From: Eledone cirrhosa
Lineage: Eukaryota
Length of the DNA stretch: 64,000 nt
NCBI GenBank assembly: GCA_964016885.1
Contig: OZ024747.1
Coordinates: 89,032,001 to 89,096,000 of the forward strand
Direction of reading: 5' to 3'
Shown here: positions 62,691-64,000 of the stretch, piece after piece
Layout of the letters: the number at the start of each line of letters is the position of its first letter
Numbering within the stretch: position 1 is the first letter of the stretch
The notes under the pieces: generated by a model
Seen by the model: only the letters and a program-made list of their open reading frames with translations
Databases searched by the model: none
What the model was told of the DNA's origin: nothing
Made by a program: the position numbers and the translations under genes

Positions 62691-64000
62691 AACTTTGTGT
62701 ATACACAAGGTCAGGAGGACCTTTCAATTGTATCAAAGACATGACAACCTCCCTGTTGTTGGTGACTTACACAGTAAATGCACCCAGTACACTCTGTAAA
62801 TTAGTTAGTAATAGGAAGAACATTTAGCCATAGAAAGGAGCCATCACAGTTCATTGTTATACAGGACATACAACAAACTTAGATACAAAATCATTTGTTG
62901 ATAATACTATAATTATGTATATATTCCCATACAGAATAAGGAGAGTGACAATAGGGGTTTTACAAAATATCAAAAATATAAACCAAAACTTAATATAGAT
63001 AGGCCCAATCCACACTGTAAAGTGGGCATATAGGTGTCACGACAAACAGTGCCCAGTCCACATTGTAAAGTGGTCCTGTAGGTGTCACAACAAAAAGCAC
63101 CCAGTCTACACTGTAAAGTGGTCCTGTAGGTGTCACAATGAGGCAACTTGTCTAACCCATGTTGCATGAAGAAATGGATGTTAAACGGTGATGATGTTGA
63201 GGAGAGCATATGTGAGATTGATTATAAAAACTGCCAGGCTTTCTCTGCAGAGCTGTTCTGCTAGAGAATGGGTCACAGGTGGTGGATATTTATACAGCCA
63301 CTATCTATAATGGCTAGATGTGATAAAAGTGGACAGCTGCCAGATGAATAAGCAACCTCGGACCAACAGCAGTAAACTACAAGGGGAGATGGAGCAAAGG
63401 GTGACACCGGTAGCTCCCAAGAAAATTCTCTCAACCCAGTGATATATCAATGAGGCTTTAACCATTGAATAATTTAAAAATCTAGTGTCCATGATTTTAT
63501 TAGTACTTCCATGATTCTGTACAGTCACTGCAAGGCACATTAATAATATGTCCCTACTGCTATCATTCTTATTCTGAAGATGGGGCTGTGAAGTTCTTGA
63601 AACATTAATAGACTTGTGGATTTAGGAATGTTGTTGTTACAAACCAAACATAAAGAACTAATAAGGAAATATGGTATGGTCCTGTAACTCCTGATGGAAT
63701 TGTAGGGGCACCATAGTGATATACAGCATTTCATGGGTATTTTTGGCAGAACCCATCCCTTTCCAGGTCTAAACAGCAGATTTCTTCCAAAGAAGGATAA
63801 AAAGTGAGAGAGAGAGAGTGAGAGAATGAAGTATAGAGGAGGAATCAACCCCAGTACTAGACTTTTTTATAGACCTTGAATGGATGAAAGGCAAAGTTGA
63901 CCACAGATTTGAACTCTGAGAGTAGAGAGCCAGAACAAATACCACAAACCATTCTATATGCAGATGACATCAAGCTGTACCTTGAAATCAAAAGGACTGA

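Overview
AT-rich, microsatellite-dense animal genomic DNA, most likely a coleoid cephalopod (octopus-like); this is inferred from the SINE, RTE and MITE repertoire, not proven. There is no long intact ORF, and most of the ORF track is translated microsatellite or antisense transposon sequence. The window is mainly transposon debris: tRNA-derived SINEs (Deu/Nin-like core and CORE/Meta-like core), several RTE LINE families, fragments of REL-type non-LTR elements (R4/Dong-like and CRE-like), mariner remnants including a ~920-bp fold-back element, three TTAA-targeting MITE families, and Penelope-like modules carrying hammerhead-ribozyme remnants inside (TA)n tracts. One probable host gene starts at ~12.1 kb on the minus strand, with two CRE sites, a strong Kozak ATG and a splice donor, and it has a candidate downstream exon at 721-805. 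The most interesting signals are: a cluster of hammerhead-like modules at 18.8-20.0 kb; twin near-perfect palindromes sharing one core at 28.3-28.6 kb; repeated MITE insertion into the same palindromic TTAA of a SINE; and several non-TE decayed coding islands. One of these (51.0-52.9 kb, interrupted by a 102-bp minisatellite) resembles by eye the nidovirus nsp3 TM/Y region and is a candidate endogenous viral element. All homology calls are by-eye motif recognition; no searches were run.
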